A DNA stretch of 64,000 nt from Lentisphaeria bacterium (GTDB lineage Bacteria; Verrucomicrobiota; Lentisphaeria; JABSQK01; JAWLHB01). The position numbers and the translations under genes are program-made. Below, piece after piece: positions 19,813-30,645 of this stretch. The stretch covers positions 1 through 64,000 of the forward strand of contig JAWLHB010000041.1 of assembly GCA_041690595.1 (NCBI GenBank), read 5' to 3'. The number at the start of each line of letters is the position of its first letter. Position 1 is the first letter of the stretch. The notes under the pieces are model-generated. The model saw only the letters and a program-made list of their open reading frames with translations. It was not told where the DNA came from and ran no database searches.

Positions 19813-22200
19813 CTACTCTCCTTTTTCCGTTTCAGTCTTGGTTGATGCCCACACGAAGCCGCGGCGGTAGATCCCCCCGATTTCGGCATCGTTGAGCACG
19901 CGAATGGCAACGCTGTTCGTCTGACCGACGCGCGCCATCCGGGTAATGTCCATGTCGAAAGAATGCGTGGCTCCCCACCAGAGCTTGTGGTCCTTGTGGC
20001 CGACATACTGGCCATTGACCCAGACCCAGCCCTCGTTGATCACGCCGCCGCAATAGAAGCTGAGCGCTCTTCCCTCGTAGCCGGCGGGAATGTCGAAGGT
20101 GAACCGGTACCAGCCATAGCCGTCGTAGTCGTGGCCGGCCTCGGTAAGCGGCTCTTCCTGCTGATCCCAGGTCAGGTAGGTGTCGCGGCTTTCCCAGTCG
20201 TCCATCGGAAACTCATGATCGTACCAGCCACCCACGAAGCCCTCGTTGAAGGGATCTCGCTTGAAGGGGACCTCCATCGGTATGGCCGCGACCAACTCCC
20301 CTTCGCTTCCGTCGATCTTCGACGCCACCGCTTCGAAATGGAGTTTGCGTCCTCCGGGAAAGGCTCGGCGCACCTCCTGCTTGGGCTTATACTCATGAAA
20401 GAAGGAGTAGATCTCGTGCAACTCCTTGTGCCGCTCTACCATGCGTCCCGCCGCCGCCGCGGCGCGATGAAAGTCGAGCTGCTTTTCGGCTTCATTCATC
20501 TCGCCGAAGGCCAGCAGATGGTCGGCAATAAGCGCGAAGGCCGCGATGCGTTCCTTCTGCTGAGCAGTGGCCGGGGCTGCCTGAGCTGCCGCGACGTGTT
20601 TCATCAGCGACCTGGCAAAGGCCTCCGTGTAGATATGGTTGACCAGCCAATCTTCATGGGCCTGCATCGGACTCCGCAGCAGGGCCTCCTCGCAACCATC
20701 CCACCAGGCGCGCACGTGCGGCCCGGCGTCGGCCCCGAAGAAGGTGGTGTAGAAATCATCCTTGATCTCATCCAGATCGCTCTCGGCGTCCCACAGCATG
20801 CGGGCCATCACATAGTTGCTGATCCAGGTCTGCATGAAGGCTTTGCGCCCCTCGCGGGTCATCCCCTTGATGCCGAGCTCCTTGTACAGGCGCACGTTGA
20901 TGGCCATGTTGGCCGAATCCCGCTCCGGCACAAAGCAACCGAGGAGAAAGCCCGGATTGTAGTCGTAAATGGTGATGTGGGGTGTCAGGCTCCGCCAGCG
21001 CTTCAGATTGCGCACGAAGTCGCGCCGCCGCCAGAGCGTCGAGTCGTTGGGGTGGAGCACGTCGCAGGAGATGGGCGCGATGCAGACCGCCAGGTTCTGT
21101 GGAATCTCCACCCCCTGTGGTACCATCTCCCGCAGCGAATACGCGGTTGTGCCGATGTAAAGATCCGGAAACTCGCGCGCCAACTGCGCCGCAAAGCCAA
21201 AGAACTCTTCGCTCTGGCTCGTGCGGTGCACGTAGCGCGGGAAGGTGAAGTTCTGGCTGTTCTGGCGGCACGCTTCGCAGTAGCAGTACGGAACCCCATC
21301 CGGCGGTGAGATGCCGACCCCATTCTTGAAGTGGTTGAAGGTACGGGTGCCATCACGCATCTCCCGGATGCTCTTCACCGCCACCTCGAAGACATGTTCA
21401 TTGGAGAGGCAAAGCATCGTGTGGCGCACCGTTCTGCCCCGCTCCCGAACGCCTTGCTCATTCATCGCGTAGTACTCGGGATTGCTCTCGAAGTAGTCGT
21501 TGGGATCGACGAGAAAGGCCAGAAAGCCGTCTCCCGCAACGGGATATGGCCGCTCCACCGTCATGCCGATCCGCAGCTGCCACTCCCGATAAAGCTCCTT
21601 CTCCTTCTTGCTCGATGGAAGCCAGCCCCCGAGGTTGACTTCGCGTGCCGCAAAATCCGGACGGGAAAGCACCTCGAGCGGACCAACCGTGATGCTCCTC
21701 CGCTCGGGCACGATCTCGCCGTACTCTCCTGGGAAGTACCAGCGACACCCCAGCATGTGCAGGAGCGCATAGGCGCCGTAGAGGGTGCCGTGGTAGGGGC
21801 CATCGGTATTGCCGGCGATGATCAGGCGATTCCCCAGAGTCTTGATCAGGTAGCCCTCTTCCTCGTGATAGTCCGGGCGCGGCGTCGTGTCGAAGCCGCG
21901 GGGGATGGGAAGCCCCAGCGCGGCCACCTCCCGGGTTACGCCCACATGGATCACGATGCCGTCGCCGGTCGGCGTCGCCTCGCCATCCTGCAGCAGCGGG
22001 ATCATGGCGCCGCTCATCCTGGCGATATATCTCTGGAGTTCCCGTCCTGCCAGTGCTGCCTTGGCGTCTTCAGCCTGTACCAGGATCGTGGTCTTCGACA
22101 CCCCCTCCTCCACGAGGACCAGGCGCTCGCCATCGCCACGACTCATGCCCGAGGCGAAGACAAGACAGAGCAGCAGGAGAAGAAATCCACGGTGATTCAT
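19813..22200 (-). CDS. DUF4838-type secreted protein with C-terminal GH2-N-like sugar-binding domain (paralog 4)
   Basis: LGCRWYFPG, LCLSN, PPDG..YCYCEAC, YDGYGWYR...VWVNGQYVG; AGGAGG RBS before MNHRG. Confidence 0.85.
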   Translation of the reverse strand: MNHRGFLLLLLCLVFASGMSRGDGERLVLVEEGVSKTTILVQAEDAKAALAGRELQRYIARMSGAMIPLLQDGEATPTGDGIVIHVGVTREVAALGLPIPRGFDTTPRPDYHEEEGYLIKTLGNRLIIAGNTDGPYHGTLYGAYALLHMLGCRWYFPGEYGEIVPERRSITVGPLEVLSRPDFAAREVNLGGWLPSSKKEKELYREWQLRIGMTVERPYPVAGDGFLAFLVDPNDYFESNPEYYAMNEQGVRERGRTVRHTMLCLSNEHVFEVAVKSIREMRDGTRTFNHFKNGVGISPPDGVPYCYCEACRQNSQNFTFPRYVHRTSQSEEFFGFAAQLAREFPDLYIGTTAYSLREMVPQGVEIPQNLAVCIAPISCDVLHPNDSTLWRRRDFVRNLKRWRSLTPHITIYDYNPGFLLGCFVPERDSANMAINVRLYKELGIKGMTREGRKAFMQTWISNYVMARMLWDAESDLDEIKDDFYTTFFGADAGPHVRAWWDGCEEALLRSPMQAHEDWLVNHIYTEAFARSLMKHVAAAQAAPATAQQKERIAAFALIADHLLAFGEMNEAEKQLDFHRAAAAAGRMVERHKELHEIYSFFHEYKPKQEVRRAFPGGRKLHFEAVASKIDGSEGELVAAIPMEVPFKRDPFNEGFVGGWYDHEFPMDDWESRDTYLTWDQQEEPLTEAGHDYDGYGWYRFTFDIPAGYEGRALSFYCGGVINEGWVWVNGQYVGHKDHKLWWGATHSFDMDITRMARVGQTNSVAIRVLNDAEIGGIYRRGFVWASTKTETEKGE

Positions 22201-22211
22201 CTGGCTCCTCC

Positions 22212-24659
22212 TCATTCGCCCGTCGGTTCATACAGGAACGGGCGGCGGAAGAGGCCACCATTGTGGTGCGTGTTGTGGACCCGCACGGTGATGTCGTTCT
22301 CCCCAGCCTGCAGGTGGCCGCTGAGATCCACGTCCCAGTTGAACGCATAGCTGTTGTACCACCAGATATGCTTCTGCGGCCGATGCGCCACCAGATAGCC
22401 GTTGACATACAGCCATGCTTCGCTGAAGAGGCCCGGGAAGTGCACCTTGACCTTGCCCGTCGCCCGGGCGGCATCGAGATTCACGTCGGTCTTGTACCAC
22501 ATGTAACCGGTGAAGCTCTGCCAGTCGGGGTGCAGTACCCCCTGCGCCTGCGCATAGAGATCCGACCGCAGCATTTCCCACTCGGTCGTTGGATAATCCT
22601 TGCGAGCTTCCGGCGTGGCAAAGGAGCCCTTCCTGGCATGCCAATAGGTCAGATCGGCTTTCTGTCCGGCGAAACCCCTCGCCAGGCCGGTGTCATGCGG
22701 ATCGCGCCGGAAGGCCCATTCCAGGGGGAGGTGGGCGATCAGGGTTCCGTTGGTGTTGTCCGTCAGCGTTGCCAGATCCATGTACTGCTTCACTTCGCCC
22801 GGAAACCACGCGGGCGAACCGCCTGGCGTGACCGGCTCCGCCGCCGGCCCAACCACTCGCGTGGTAAAGGTCGGATTCATCTCCGCCAGCTCCAGCCGGG
22901 TCTGCATCGCGGCCTGGCCCAGTTGGGCAGCTTTGGCGTAGTCGCCATCGGTCGCGGCGGCGCGTACCATCGCGGTATACTGGTCGATCAGCGTGAAGCT
23001 CAGCGTCGTGAAGCGGATGCGCTCCAGATACTGCCGCTCCTGGCGCGACAGCGAATCCTCGGCGCGGCCGGCCAGCGGGGCGACGGCCTTCTGAGCGGCG
23101 GCCAGATGACCGCGAAGTTCTTCGACCAGCTCCGCGGTGTAGATGGCGGGGATCACGTAGTATTCATGCTCGGTGACGATGGTCTCCTCCCATGCGGTGA
23201 AGAGGGCTCCCCAATAGGCCGACATGGCGTCGCCGGCTGGTCCGTAGAAGGTCGGGTAGAATTCCGCCAGCAGGGCGTCGACATCCAGCTCCGGGTTCCA
23301 CATGAGCTGGCTGCGGATGTGCAGATTCAGAAAGGTGGTGGCCATCGCGCCGCGCGATTCCGTGTTGATCCCCAGGATGCCGGCATCGCGGTAATGCTTG
23401 ACATCCTGACGGAAGGCCATGTGCGAAGGATTCGGCAGGTCGCGCCACACCAGCATCCCCTGATCGTAATCGTAGAGCTGCAATCGCCCGTCCATGACCT
23501 CGGCCCAGCGGTACATCATCGCCCGGTATTCCTGGCGCGGTGGCGAGCGGGGATCGTCCATGCCGTGGTTCGGATCGATGTCGATCGGCGCCAGATCGGC
23601 CACCAGCGGGGAGGCCGCCTCGATCCGGCGTTGCGGCGGGATCGTGATGTTCCCGTACGCCAGGAAGGTAATCGTCGACGGGCTATCCGGATGCTGCGCG
23701 AGAAGCCGCTTCGCCACACCGTTGTAGAAGGCCATGAAATTGTCCGTCAACATCTGCGACTGAAAGTACTTGTCGTGCAGATTCGCCATCAGCTCCGCGT
23801 CCAGCTTCGATGCCGACTTGTAGACCCCGTCGTCCATCCCCAGGCGAATGTTGCCGCCGGCGGCGAACTGCTCCTCCAGTTGATCCGCCACGTGGGCGAT
23901 GGTGGCCGGTTCCGCGATGGGAACGTTGAAGGCAGTACCCCCCTCGGGGATCAGCCCCCCCACATAATGACCCAGCGCGTGAGCCGAGACAAAGCTCTCC
24001 CGATTGACGAAGTTGCGGTCCTGGAAGTCATCCCGTCCTTCCCCGCTGCCGTTCCACGACAGCCAGTAGCCGCGCACCTCGAAGGGCGAACCATGGGCTT
24101 CATCCAGCAGGTCCAGCGTCAGCGTTGCATGCTCTGGAATGCATTCGCCAATGTCGGTCGGCAGGTACCAGCGGCATCCCCACAGGTTCAGTAACCGTAC
24201 CGCTGCATAGTAATGACTGCGCGTATTCGAACCGGCAACGTAGACCCGATTGCCCTCGCGCAACAATACAATGCCATCCGCGCGTTCGACACCGGCCCGG
24301 CTTCGCTTTCCCACCACGAAGGGGTCGGCTTTGATGACCGCCCGCAGCCGGTCATCCAACTCCGGGCGCGACGTCAGCGCCAGTTCCCCGATCACGAAAA
24401 GGGGAGCATTACCGTCGAGTGCGGCCGCAATCGCCTCAGGATCGCTGGCGATCGACGGTCTTGCGCCGCTCATCATCTCGATGTAACGGACCAGATCGTC
24501 CGCGGCCTTGCGCTCCAGTGCGCGAGTCGCATCCGTCGCCGCTTCGGGCTCGATGCAGATGATTGCCTGCGTCTGGCGATTCTCGACAATCGTCAGCGGT
24601 GCCGACTGCAGGCCGGCCATCATGCCGACACCAATGACCGCGGCAGCTACCTTCTTCAT
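22212..24659 (-). CDS. DUF4838-type secreted protein, Cys-less variant (paralog 3)
   Basis: WGCRWYLP, FLAY, LMWNP, FTGYMWYK...LYVNG; lacks the CxCxxC motif. Confidence 0.85.
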   Translation of the reverse strand: MKKVAAAVIGVGMMAGLQSAPLTIVENRQTQAIICIEPEAATDATRALERKAADDLVRYIEMMSGARPSIASDPEAIAAALDGNAPLFVIGELALTSRPELDDRLRAVIKADPFVVGKRSRAGVERADGIVLLREGNRVYVAGSNTRSHYYAAVRLLNLWGCRWYLPTDIGECIPEHATLTLDLLDEAHGSPFEVRGYWLSWNGSGEGRDDFQDRNFVNRESFVSAHALGHYVGGLIPEGGTAFNVPIAEPATIAHVADQLEEQFAAGGNIRLGMDDGVYKSASKLDAELMANLHDKYFQSQMLTDNFMAFYNGVAKRLLAQHPDSPSTITFLAYGNITIPPQRRIEAASPLVADLAPIDIDPNHGMDDPRSPPRQEYRAMMYRWAEVMDGRLQLYDYDQGMLVWRDLPNPSHMAFRQDVKHYRDAGILGINTESRGAMATTFLNLHIRSQLMWNPELDVDALLAEFYPTFYGPAGDAMSAYWGALFTAWEETIVTEHEYYVIPAIYTAELVEELRGHLAAAQKAVAPLAGRAEDSLSRQERQYLERIRFTTLSFTLIDQYTAMVRAAATDGDYAKAAQLGQAAMQTRLELAEMNPTFTTRVVGPAAEPVTPGGSPAWFPGEVKQYMDLATLTDNTNGTLIAHLPLEWAFRRDPHDTGLARGFAGQKADLTYWHARKGSFATPEARKDYPTTEWEMLRSDLYAQAQGVLHPDWQSFTGYMWYKTDVNLDAARATGKVKVHFPGLFSEAWLYVNGYLVAHRPQKHIWWYNSYAFNWDVDLSGHLQAGENDITVRVHNTHHNGGLFRRPFLYEPTGE

Positions 24660-24732
24660 TCGGGAGACTCCATGGGGCGTTTTGCTGGGCATTTTCATCC
24701 TTTACGTGTCTTGGATTGGCTGTTGATCAGAT

Positions 24733-27348
24733 TCAGAGCTGGTGACCGTCCATGCAGTCGCAGGCGGGGCGGCTCTTGAGCGTGTTCAGGTTGGTATCTC
24801 CCCGATCCGTGTAGGTATGGGGCAGATAGGCGGCGACCTCCGTCGCTTCATTCGGCGTGTAGAGGAAGACGGTCTTGAAGATCCCTCCCCACTTCCACAT
24901 GTCCTTGCTGCGGAAGGCAAAGGTGTTGACCGCGCCAGGTACGAGCAGGTCGGTGACATCGACATCGAACTCGCGATTGTAGTTCCAGCTCCATGCCGAT
25001 CCCAGGTCGAGGTGTCGGATCTCCGTGTCGACCCACTCCTGCGCCTCCGCGTCGAAGCGGGCTCCCTTCCAGGTCAGGCGCTTCCCATTGATGAAGAAAT
25101 CCATGTGCCCGAAGATCCCCGTCACCACCATGCGCACACGCTGATCCCCTGCGCTTTCGGGCACGAAAAGCTCGTTCCGGAACCAGTTGAAGCCCTCGTA
25201 GTCGCTCTCCAGCCGCTGCCACGAATCGCTGGGAGCCGCAAGCCTCCACTCGGGGATGGCCGCCGCAGTGCCGTCGATGGCGCCATCGGCGTTGTTCACA
25301 TACGCGGGCGTCGCCTCGAACTGGAACCACGCCTCATCCATGCCGACCCCTTTCGGATCATAGCGGAGGTGCCAGCTGAGGGGAAGCTGCGTCAGCATCC
25401 GTCCCTTCACCCCGTTCTGCCGATCCGCCAGACGCTGGTAGGAGTCAAGCATGCTGAACATGCTGAAGGTGCGCTGGTCGTACCAGCGGTGGTCGATGTA
25501 GTGCGGATTTACCCCTTCGACTGCATCGTTCAGCCTCAGGAACTCCTGTGTGAGCGCACTGGCATCGACAAAGTTGCCGCGCAGCTCCGCGTTTCTGGCC
25601 ATCAGGTAACGCAGCATGTACTGCTGGCTCAAACTCCACATGCGCACCCTCGCCTGATGCTTCGGGCTTTCGGCCAGCTCCTCCGCGCGTCGAAGGTACG
25701 GCTCCAGCTCCTTGACGAACTCGATGCTGTAGAGCCGGGGCAGGACCTCATCGCCATGACGGAACGCATCCGTCTCGATGGTGCGGCGGGAGAGTGCATC
25801 GAAGTAGCCGTACATCGGCTGCCAGGCCGGACCGAACATGCCTTTGCACATCTCCGTCAGCTCCTCCTTGATGTCCAGACCCGCGTTCCAGTAGAGGCGG
25901 CTGCGCACCCAGTGATTCAGCCCCGCCGCGAACCACGACAGCCCGCAGATCTCCGGTGTGAAGCCGCGAACGCCCACCTCCTTGTACCAGGGGATCTCCA
26001 CGGCAAGCTGGTAGGGGCGGAAGACCGGCAGGTTCTGCTGGAAGGTGATGTACGGGTCATAGTCGCGCAGGTACATGTTCGACGTTCCCTGGCCCCAGCC
26101 TTGGATCGCCGCGCGAACCTTCTCCAGCAGGTAGTTCGGCTCGCGGGTGAGGATCTTCTCCCGGGTCGCCGGCGGAAAGTCGTTCCAGACGCTCAGGAGC
26201 TGATACGACTCTGGCTCCAGAAAGGTCTGGAACGGATCGTAACCCAGCGGCGCGAAGTAGGGCGCAAGCTGCTTGGGTACCTCGCCGGCCGGCGGCGCCA
26301 TCAGGTTTGAATAGACATAGAAACCGTACTGAAACTCGCGCCCGGGAAAGAGCTGGTCGATGCGGTCGAACAGCTCGCGGTTGAAGTCCAGGTAGAGCTT
26401 CATGATATCCTTCGGATCGCCCCCACACGCTTCCGTGCAGGCCGGACACTCGCAGTATTGCGCGCCATCCGCCAACGCCACCGGGAAGCCCCGCAGCTCG
26501 GGGTTCTTGGTGAATTGCTCCGTCAGATTGGCGACGGCGGCCTCCATCACCTCGGGATTCGTCAGGCACAGGTGCGAGGCAACCCGTTTGCCGTTGCGCA
26601 GCGAGTAAAGCTCCGGCTTTTCGGCGAAGCGATTGCCCACCAGCTTCGGAAACGCATGACCCCGCGGCGGCGCCCATCCGCCGAACTTGTTGCGCCGCAT
26701 CCAATCCACCCATTCCGCCCGTGTCTGCGTGTCTTTTCGGCCAAACTGGCTCGTATTGGTAAGCTGCATCGACCGGAACTCAAACTCGGGCTCGATACTC
26801 GTTTCATCGCTCCCCAGCGCAATCGACGGCAGCGTTGGCAGCTCCTCCCCCTCCGCGCCCGGGTAGTACCAGCGGCAACCCAGGCTCTCCAGGAAGGCGT
26901 ACATGGCGTGGCCGCTCCCCTCCAGCGTCGAACCAACCAGATAAAGCACCTGCTTCGACGCATCGCTCTGCATCAGCAGCGCATGTGGCTTCAGCGCCCC
27001 GACCTTCTCGACGAGTCCGGCTTCACGCGCCGCCGGTGTCGCCCCGATCTGGATCGTGTTGGCCACCCCCCGTTCACCAGCCTCCGCCACGCTGTAGACC
27101 TTCAACTCCGCACCGCTGATCTCCCGAACGATACGGACAAAATCAGCCAGCGTCTCGGCAAAGCGTTCTCGCTGTTGCGCGGCAGGGATGGGATAATCCG
27201 ATGGCTCATCCTGATACACGATGTCTACGACTGCCTTCCCGTTCTGCGTCAGGTGGAAAGGCTCTGCTGCCCGCGCGTTCAGCATCCAGATGCCGACGAG
27301 CGCCAGGTGTACGAAAAGCGAGAAACGGAGGTCAGTGCGAATCTTCAT
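24733..27348 (-). CDS. DUF4838-type secreted protein (paralog 2)
   Basis: LGCRWYYPG, PEFEFR, LCLTNP, ADG..YCECPAC, YEGFNWFR. Confidence 0.85.
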   Translation of the reverse strand: MKIRTDLRFSLFVHLALVGIWMLNARAAEPFHLTQNGKAVVDIVYQDEPSDYPIPAAQQRERFAETLADFVRIVREISGAELKVYSVAEAGERGVANTIQIGATPAAREAGLVEKVGALKPHALLMQSDASKQVLYLVGSTLEGSGHAMYAFLESLGCRWYYPGAEGEELPTLPSIALGSDETSIEPEFEFRSMQLTNTSQFGRKDTQTRAEWVDWMRRNKFGGWAPPRGHAFPKLVGNRFAEKPELYSLRNGKRVASHLCLTNPEVMEAAVANLTEQFTKNPELRGFPVALADGAQYCECPACTEACGGDPKDIMKLYLDFNRELFDRIDQLFPGREFQYGFYVYSNLMAPPAGEVPKQLAPYFAPLGYDPFQTFLEPESYQLLSVWNDFPPATREKILTREPNYLLEKVRAAIQGWGQGTSNMYLRDYDPYITFQQNLPVFRPYQLAVEIPWYKEVGVRGFTPEICGLSWFAAGLNHWVRSRLYWNAGLDIKEELTEMCKGMFGPAWQPMYGYFDALSRRTIETDAFRHGDEVLPRLYSIEFVKELEPYLRRAEELAESPKHQARVRMWSLSQQYMLRYLMARNAELRGNFVDASALTQEFLRLNDAVEGVNPHYIDHRWYDQRTFSMFSMLDSYQRLADRQNGVKGRMLTQLPLSWHLRYDPKGVGMDEAWFQFEATPAYVNNADGAIDGTAAAIPEWRLAAPSDSWQRLESDYEGFNWFRNELFVPESAGDQRVRMVVTGIFGHMDFFINGKRLTWKGARFDAEAQEWVDTEIRHLDLGSAWSWNYNREFDVDVTDLLVPGAVNTFAFRSKDMWKWGGIFKTVFLYTPNEATEVAAYLPHTYTDRGDTNLNTLKSRPACDCMDGHQL

Positions 27349-29884
27349 CGGTGATTGTTCTTCCATCTGCGGGTATCATCATCGTCTCGGGTGAAAGGGC
27401 GAAATAGCGTGGTGCGTTGAGCAGAATGACCGGACTGGATGAGCCGGGACGACGGATCGACCAGACGCGTCCATCCTGCCCCTCGGGTATCTCCATCACC
27501 ACCAGGGCATCGTTCTGCTCCAGGACGATCTCCTCCCCATCCGGATCGAAGAGGCTGGCGGAAACATTGCGGCGCGGATTGTACAGGGCCAGCTTGCGCA
27601 ACCCTTTCGGCACATAAAAGTAGACGCGCGCCCAGCCATTGGGGATCAGCGGCGACAGCACCATTGGCACTCCCGCCGGCCCCCGCAACGTGAAGCCGTT
27701 CTTCTGATCGAAGATCTCGATGCGAACCTGCCCCGGACCGGACACTGGAATCTCGATCGTGTGAAGTTCCGGCTCCGCCTGACGCCCGGGCGCCGCATAG
27801 GCACGCTCGATCAGCTGCTTGCCGGCCGCATCATAGGCGACCAGCTTGACCTCCTGCCCCTCGTGCCAGTGCCGAAGGCTGAGTTGCACCGGCAGCGTCG
27901 CCATGCCGCCGGGAACCTGCAGGTGGAAGGTCGTCGAGTGGATCGAGCTGTAGGCCGGGCCGAAGCCCTCGCCAAGTTGAATCGCCGGCTCAAGCGGCTC
28001 CAACTCCCCCGTGAACCGGCGGATCTCGAAGCCAAGCAGCGGATAATCGGCGACACCGGCGGCTATCCATTGGCGCAGCTCCGCCTCGTCAGGCGGGATA
28101 GCTTCTGCCCATTCCGGAGCGTCGGGTTTGGTCGGGTCGAAATACTCCTTGATCGCCGCCACCTGTCGATAGCCAAGCAGTTGCCAGAGGCGATAGGTGT
28201 GAACCATGGCCGAGGGATACAGACGCCAGAGCAACTTGGCAAGATCGCGCGCCTCCGCCTCGCTCCCTTTCGGCTCCCCCTCATGGGCGTTGCTGAAGGT
28301 ATGCCACAGGCGGAGATACTGAACGTACTGAACATAATCACCGATGCGCGCCCGGACTGCATCGGAATCGGCCAGGCGCCAGCCCTCCTCCAGGTCACGG
28401 AAGGAGAAGGCCAGCTCCTGACGGGTCAGCATGAAGTCCGCCGCCCAGCGCTCGAGCATGCGTCGCATGGGGGGAACCGCCGGCCCGAAGGAACGATCGT
28501 AGAACTCCTCGATCAGCGGCGCGGTATCCGTGGAAGGATCCCACATCAGACGCACCGCCAGATTGAGACCGAGCCCAATCGCGCCGGCGCTGTGGGTGCT
28601 CTCGAAGCGGATGGCGCGCACCCCCTGGTCATGCCAGAAACGGATATGCTCCGGCGGCGTCCGGCGAAAATCGAAGTCCGGCAGATTGCGGCCCCAATCC
28701 GTTATCGACCAGTAGGTGTACAGCGACAGCGGCGCGATCCGGTTCAGACCATCCCGCGCTATTCGCTCTCCCCAGGCAAGCAGCAGCTCGTCCCCAGTCA
28801 TGCCCGTCTTCTGAAAAGCATACGGGATCACCGTCACATGAAGATTGGGCTCCAGATCGATGCTCGGCAGATCGGCATAGTAGCCATACGCATACATGCT
28901 GACCCCTCGGCCCGGAAACTCCTCGGCTATGGCCCGTGCGACCACGTTCGCCACATGAAACACCTGATCCGAGATCGACCCGTTGCCGATTGCCCGGCAC
29001 GCCTCGCACTCGCAGAAGCCTCCGCTATCCGAAGGATCTGCCCCAACGAAAGACGAACTCAGGCTCTCCGGCTCCCGCGCCACCCGCTCCCGCATTTCGC
29101 GCAACCGATCCTCCACGAAGAGCGCCAGGACCTCCGCATTCGAGGCACAGAACTTGATGGCGGGGCGGTACTCCACGCGCTCCCCCTTGATCATGGCCCG
29201 GTAGTCGGGGTGCTCGCGCAAGGCATCGGCATACTTGATGCTGAATCCGTGTCCTACATGGCCGTAGCCGATGAGCTGATCCCCGAAACGATTGCGCCGC
29301 TTCCAGTTCTCCCACCGGCTGCGCATCTCCAGCGTCGGGTCGACGGGATTGCGCGGCCCAAAGCCACCGGTACCGAAGAAATTCCGCGAAATGAAGGTGG
29401 GCGCTACCACCTCGTCCAGCCGCAGGGTGATATCCCCCCGCTCAGGTATCAGCTCCCAGTTGGCATTCGGATAATACCAGCGGCACCCGAGCCGTTCGAG
29501 AAAGTCGTAGATCCCGTGCGACAGGCCGTCATCATGATTGGCGACAATCCACAGCCGTTCCGCATCGCTCGATTGAAGCAGGTAGCTCTCCGGACCCGCA
29601 CCTTCCAGCCGTTGCCGAAGCTCCTCGGGCAGCATGGCATCATCCGTCCGCATCACGACAATGGCCGCCGCTCCCAGATCGCTCGGCGAAGCTTCCACTG
29701 TGAAGGCCGCGCCCGTCATCCGTTCCAGGCTGCCAGCAAGATCGTCAACGGCCGCCGTCAGCCGCGGAGATCCCTTCGACGGCACCAGAATGCGGCGTCC
29801 ATAGTTCTCCTCGCCTGCAAGCGACAGCGAAATGAGCAGCAGCAAGATCCGAGAGACGCGTGAAAAGGCCTTGGAGGGCGGCAT
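27332..29884 (-). CDS. DUF4838-type secreted protein (paralog 1)
   Basis: LGCRWYYP, FCASN, DPSD.GGFCECEAC, YAY, LMWDP; start MPPSK. Confidence 0.85.
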   Translation of the reverse strand: MPPSKAFSRVSRILLLLISLSLAGEENYGRRILVPSKGSPRLTAAVDDLAGSLERMTGAAFTVEASPSDLGAAAIVVMRTDDAMLPEELRQRLEGAGPESYLLQSSDAERLWIVANHDDGLSHGIYDFLERLGCRWYYPNANWELIPERGDITLRLDEVVAPTFISRNFFGTGGFGPRNPVDPTLEMRSRWENWKRRNRFGDQLIGYGHVGHGFSIKYADALREHPDYRAMIKGERVEYRPAIKFCASNAEVLALFVEDRLREMRERVAREPESLSSSFVGADPSDSGGFCECEACRAIGNGSISDQVFHVANVVARAIAEEFPGRGVSMYAYGYYADLPSIDLEPNLHVTVIPYAFQKTGMTGDELLLAWGERIARDGLNRIAPLSLYTYWSITDWGRNLPDFDFRRTPPEHIRFWHDQGVRAIRFESTHSAGAIGLGLNLAVRLMWDPSTDTAPLIEEFYDRSFGPAVPPMRRMLERWAADFMLTRQELAFSFRDLEEGWRLADSDAVRARIGDYVQYVQYLRLWHTFSNAHEGEPKGSEAEARDLAKLLWRLYPSAMVHTYRLWQLLGYRQVAAIKEYFDPTKPDAPEWAEAIPPDEAELRQWIAAGVADYPLLGFEIRRFTGELEPLEPAIQLGEGFGPAYSSIHSTTFHLQVPGGMATLPVQLSLRHWHEGQEVKLVAYDAAGKQLIERAYAAPGRQAEPELHTIEIPVSGPGQVRIEIFDQKNGFTLRGPAGVPMVLSPLIPNGWARVYFYVPKGLRKLALYNPRRNVSASLFDPDGEEIVLEQNDALVVMEIPEGQDGRVWSIRRPGSSSPVILLNAPRYFALSPETMMIPADGRTITDEDSH

Positions 29885-29889
29885 GGGAA

Positions 29890-30633
29890 TCACCAGTACA
29901 TGCTGCGGTGACGCACCTTCATCTCCGCATCGCGGCGGAAGCTCGCGTGGCCGTCGATAAAGCTGATGTTCTGCCCACCCGGGTGGTGATTGACCAATGT
30001 CGCACTGATACCCATGCTCCAGAACGAACTGGTCGGATTGTGTCCTTCGATGATCGCCGGCTGAGTGTCCGGGGTGGCCACCCACATGCTCTTTCCCTTA
30101 TTGGGGTCGATCAGGAAGCTGCCTGTTGCGTTGATATTCGGGCACGTTGCAACCGGGTTCTCCGGGGTCGAGACCCAGCCCGCACCCTGCCAGCCAAACC
30201 AGTAATTGCTGATCGTGGGAATGGGATAATTGCCGCGCCCGGCTGGATACTGATACGTCGTGATCGCGACGTTCGCATCGATATGAACCGGGCGCCCCTT
30301 GTATGCCGCGCTGGCAAACGCGATCGCCTGCGTCTTGGGGCAGCTCAACAACCCCTTGGGATCCTGAAGATAATCGTATATCCACGTCAGTGGCTGAGCA
30401 AGAAGCATGGGACGACTGTAGTTAACCAGCGGAAACCACGTATCCGACTCGTCGGCATAGATCAGAAAACCCAGCGTGGCCTGCTTCTCCTGATTCATGC
30501 AGGTGGCGCGTTTGGCCATGTCCCGCGCTCTGGCCAGAGCCGGAAGCAACAAACTCGCCAACACTGCGATTATGGCCACGACGACCAGAAGCTCGATCAG
30601 CGTGAATCGTCTCGTGTTCCGTTGCGATCTCAT
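29890..30633 (-). CDS. Prepilin-type N-terminal cleavage/methylation protein with H-X9-DG motif (DUF1559-like)
   Basis: [28 protein letters not shown]....C.NQ.KQ; C-terminal [14 protein letters not shown]. Confidence 0.95.
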   Translation of the reverse strand: MRSQRNTRRFTLIELLVVVAIIAVLASLLLPALARARDMAKRATCMNQEKQATLGFLIYADESDTWFPLVNYSRPMLLAQPLTWIYDYLQDPKGLLSCPKTQAIAFASAAYKGRPVHIDANVAITTYQYPAGRGNYPIPTISNYWFGWQGAGWVSTPENPVATCPNINATGSFLIDPNKGKSMWVATPDTQPAIIEGHNPTSSFWSMGISATLVNHHPGGQNISFIDGHASFRRDAEMKVRHRSMYW

Positions 30634-30645
30634 CTTACCTTCTCC

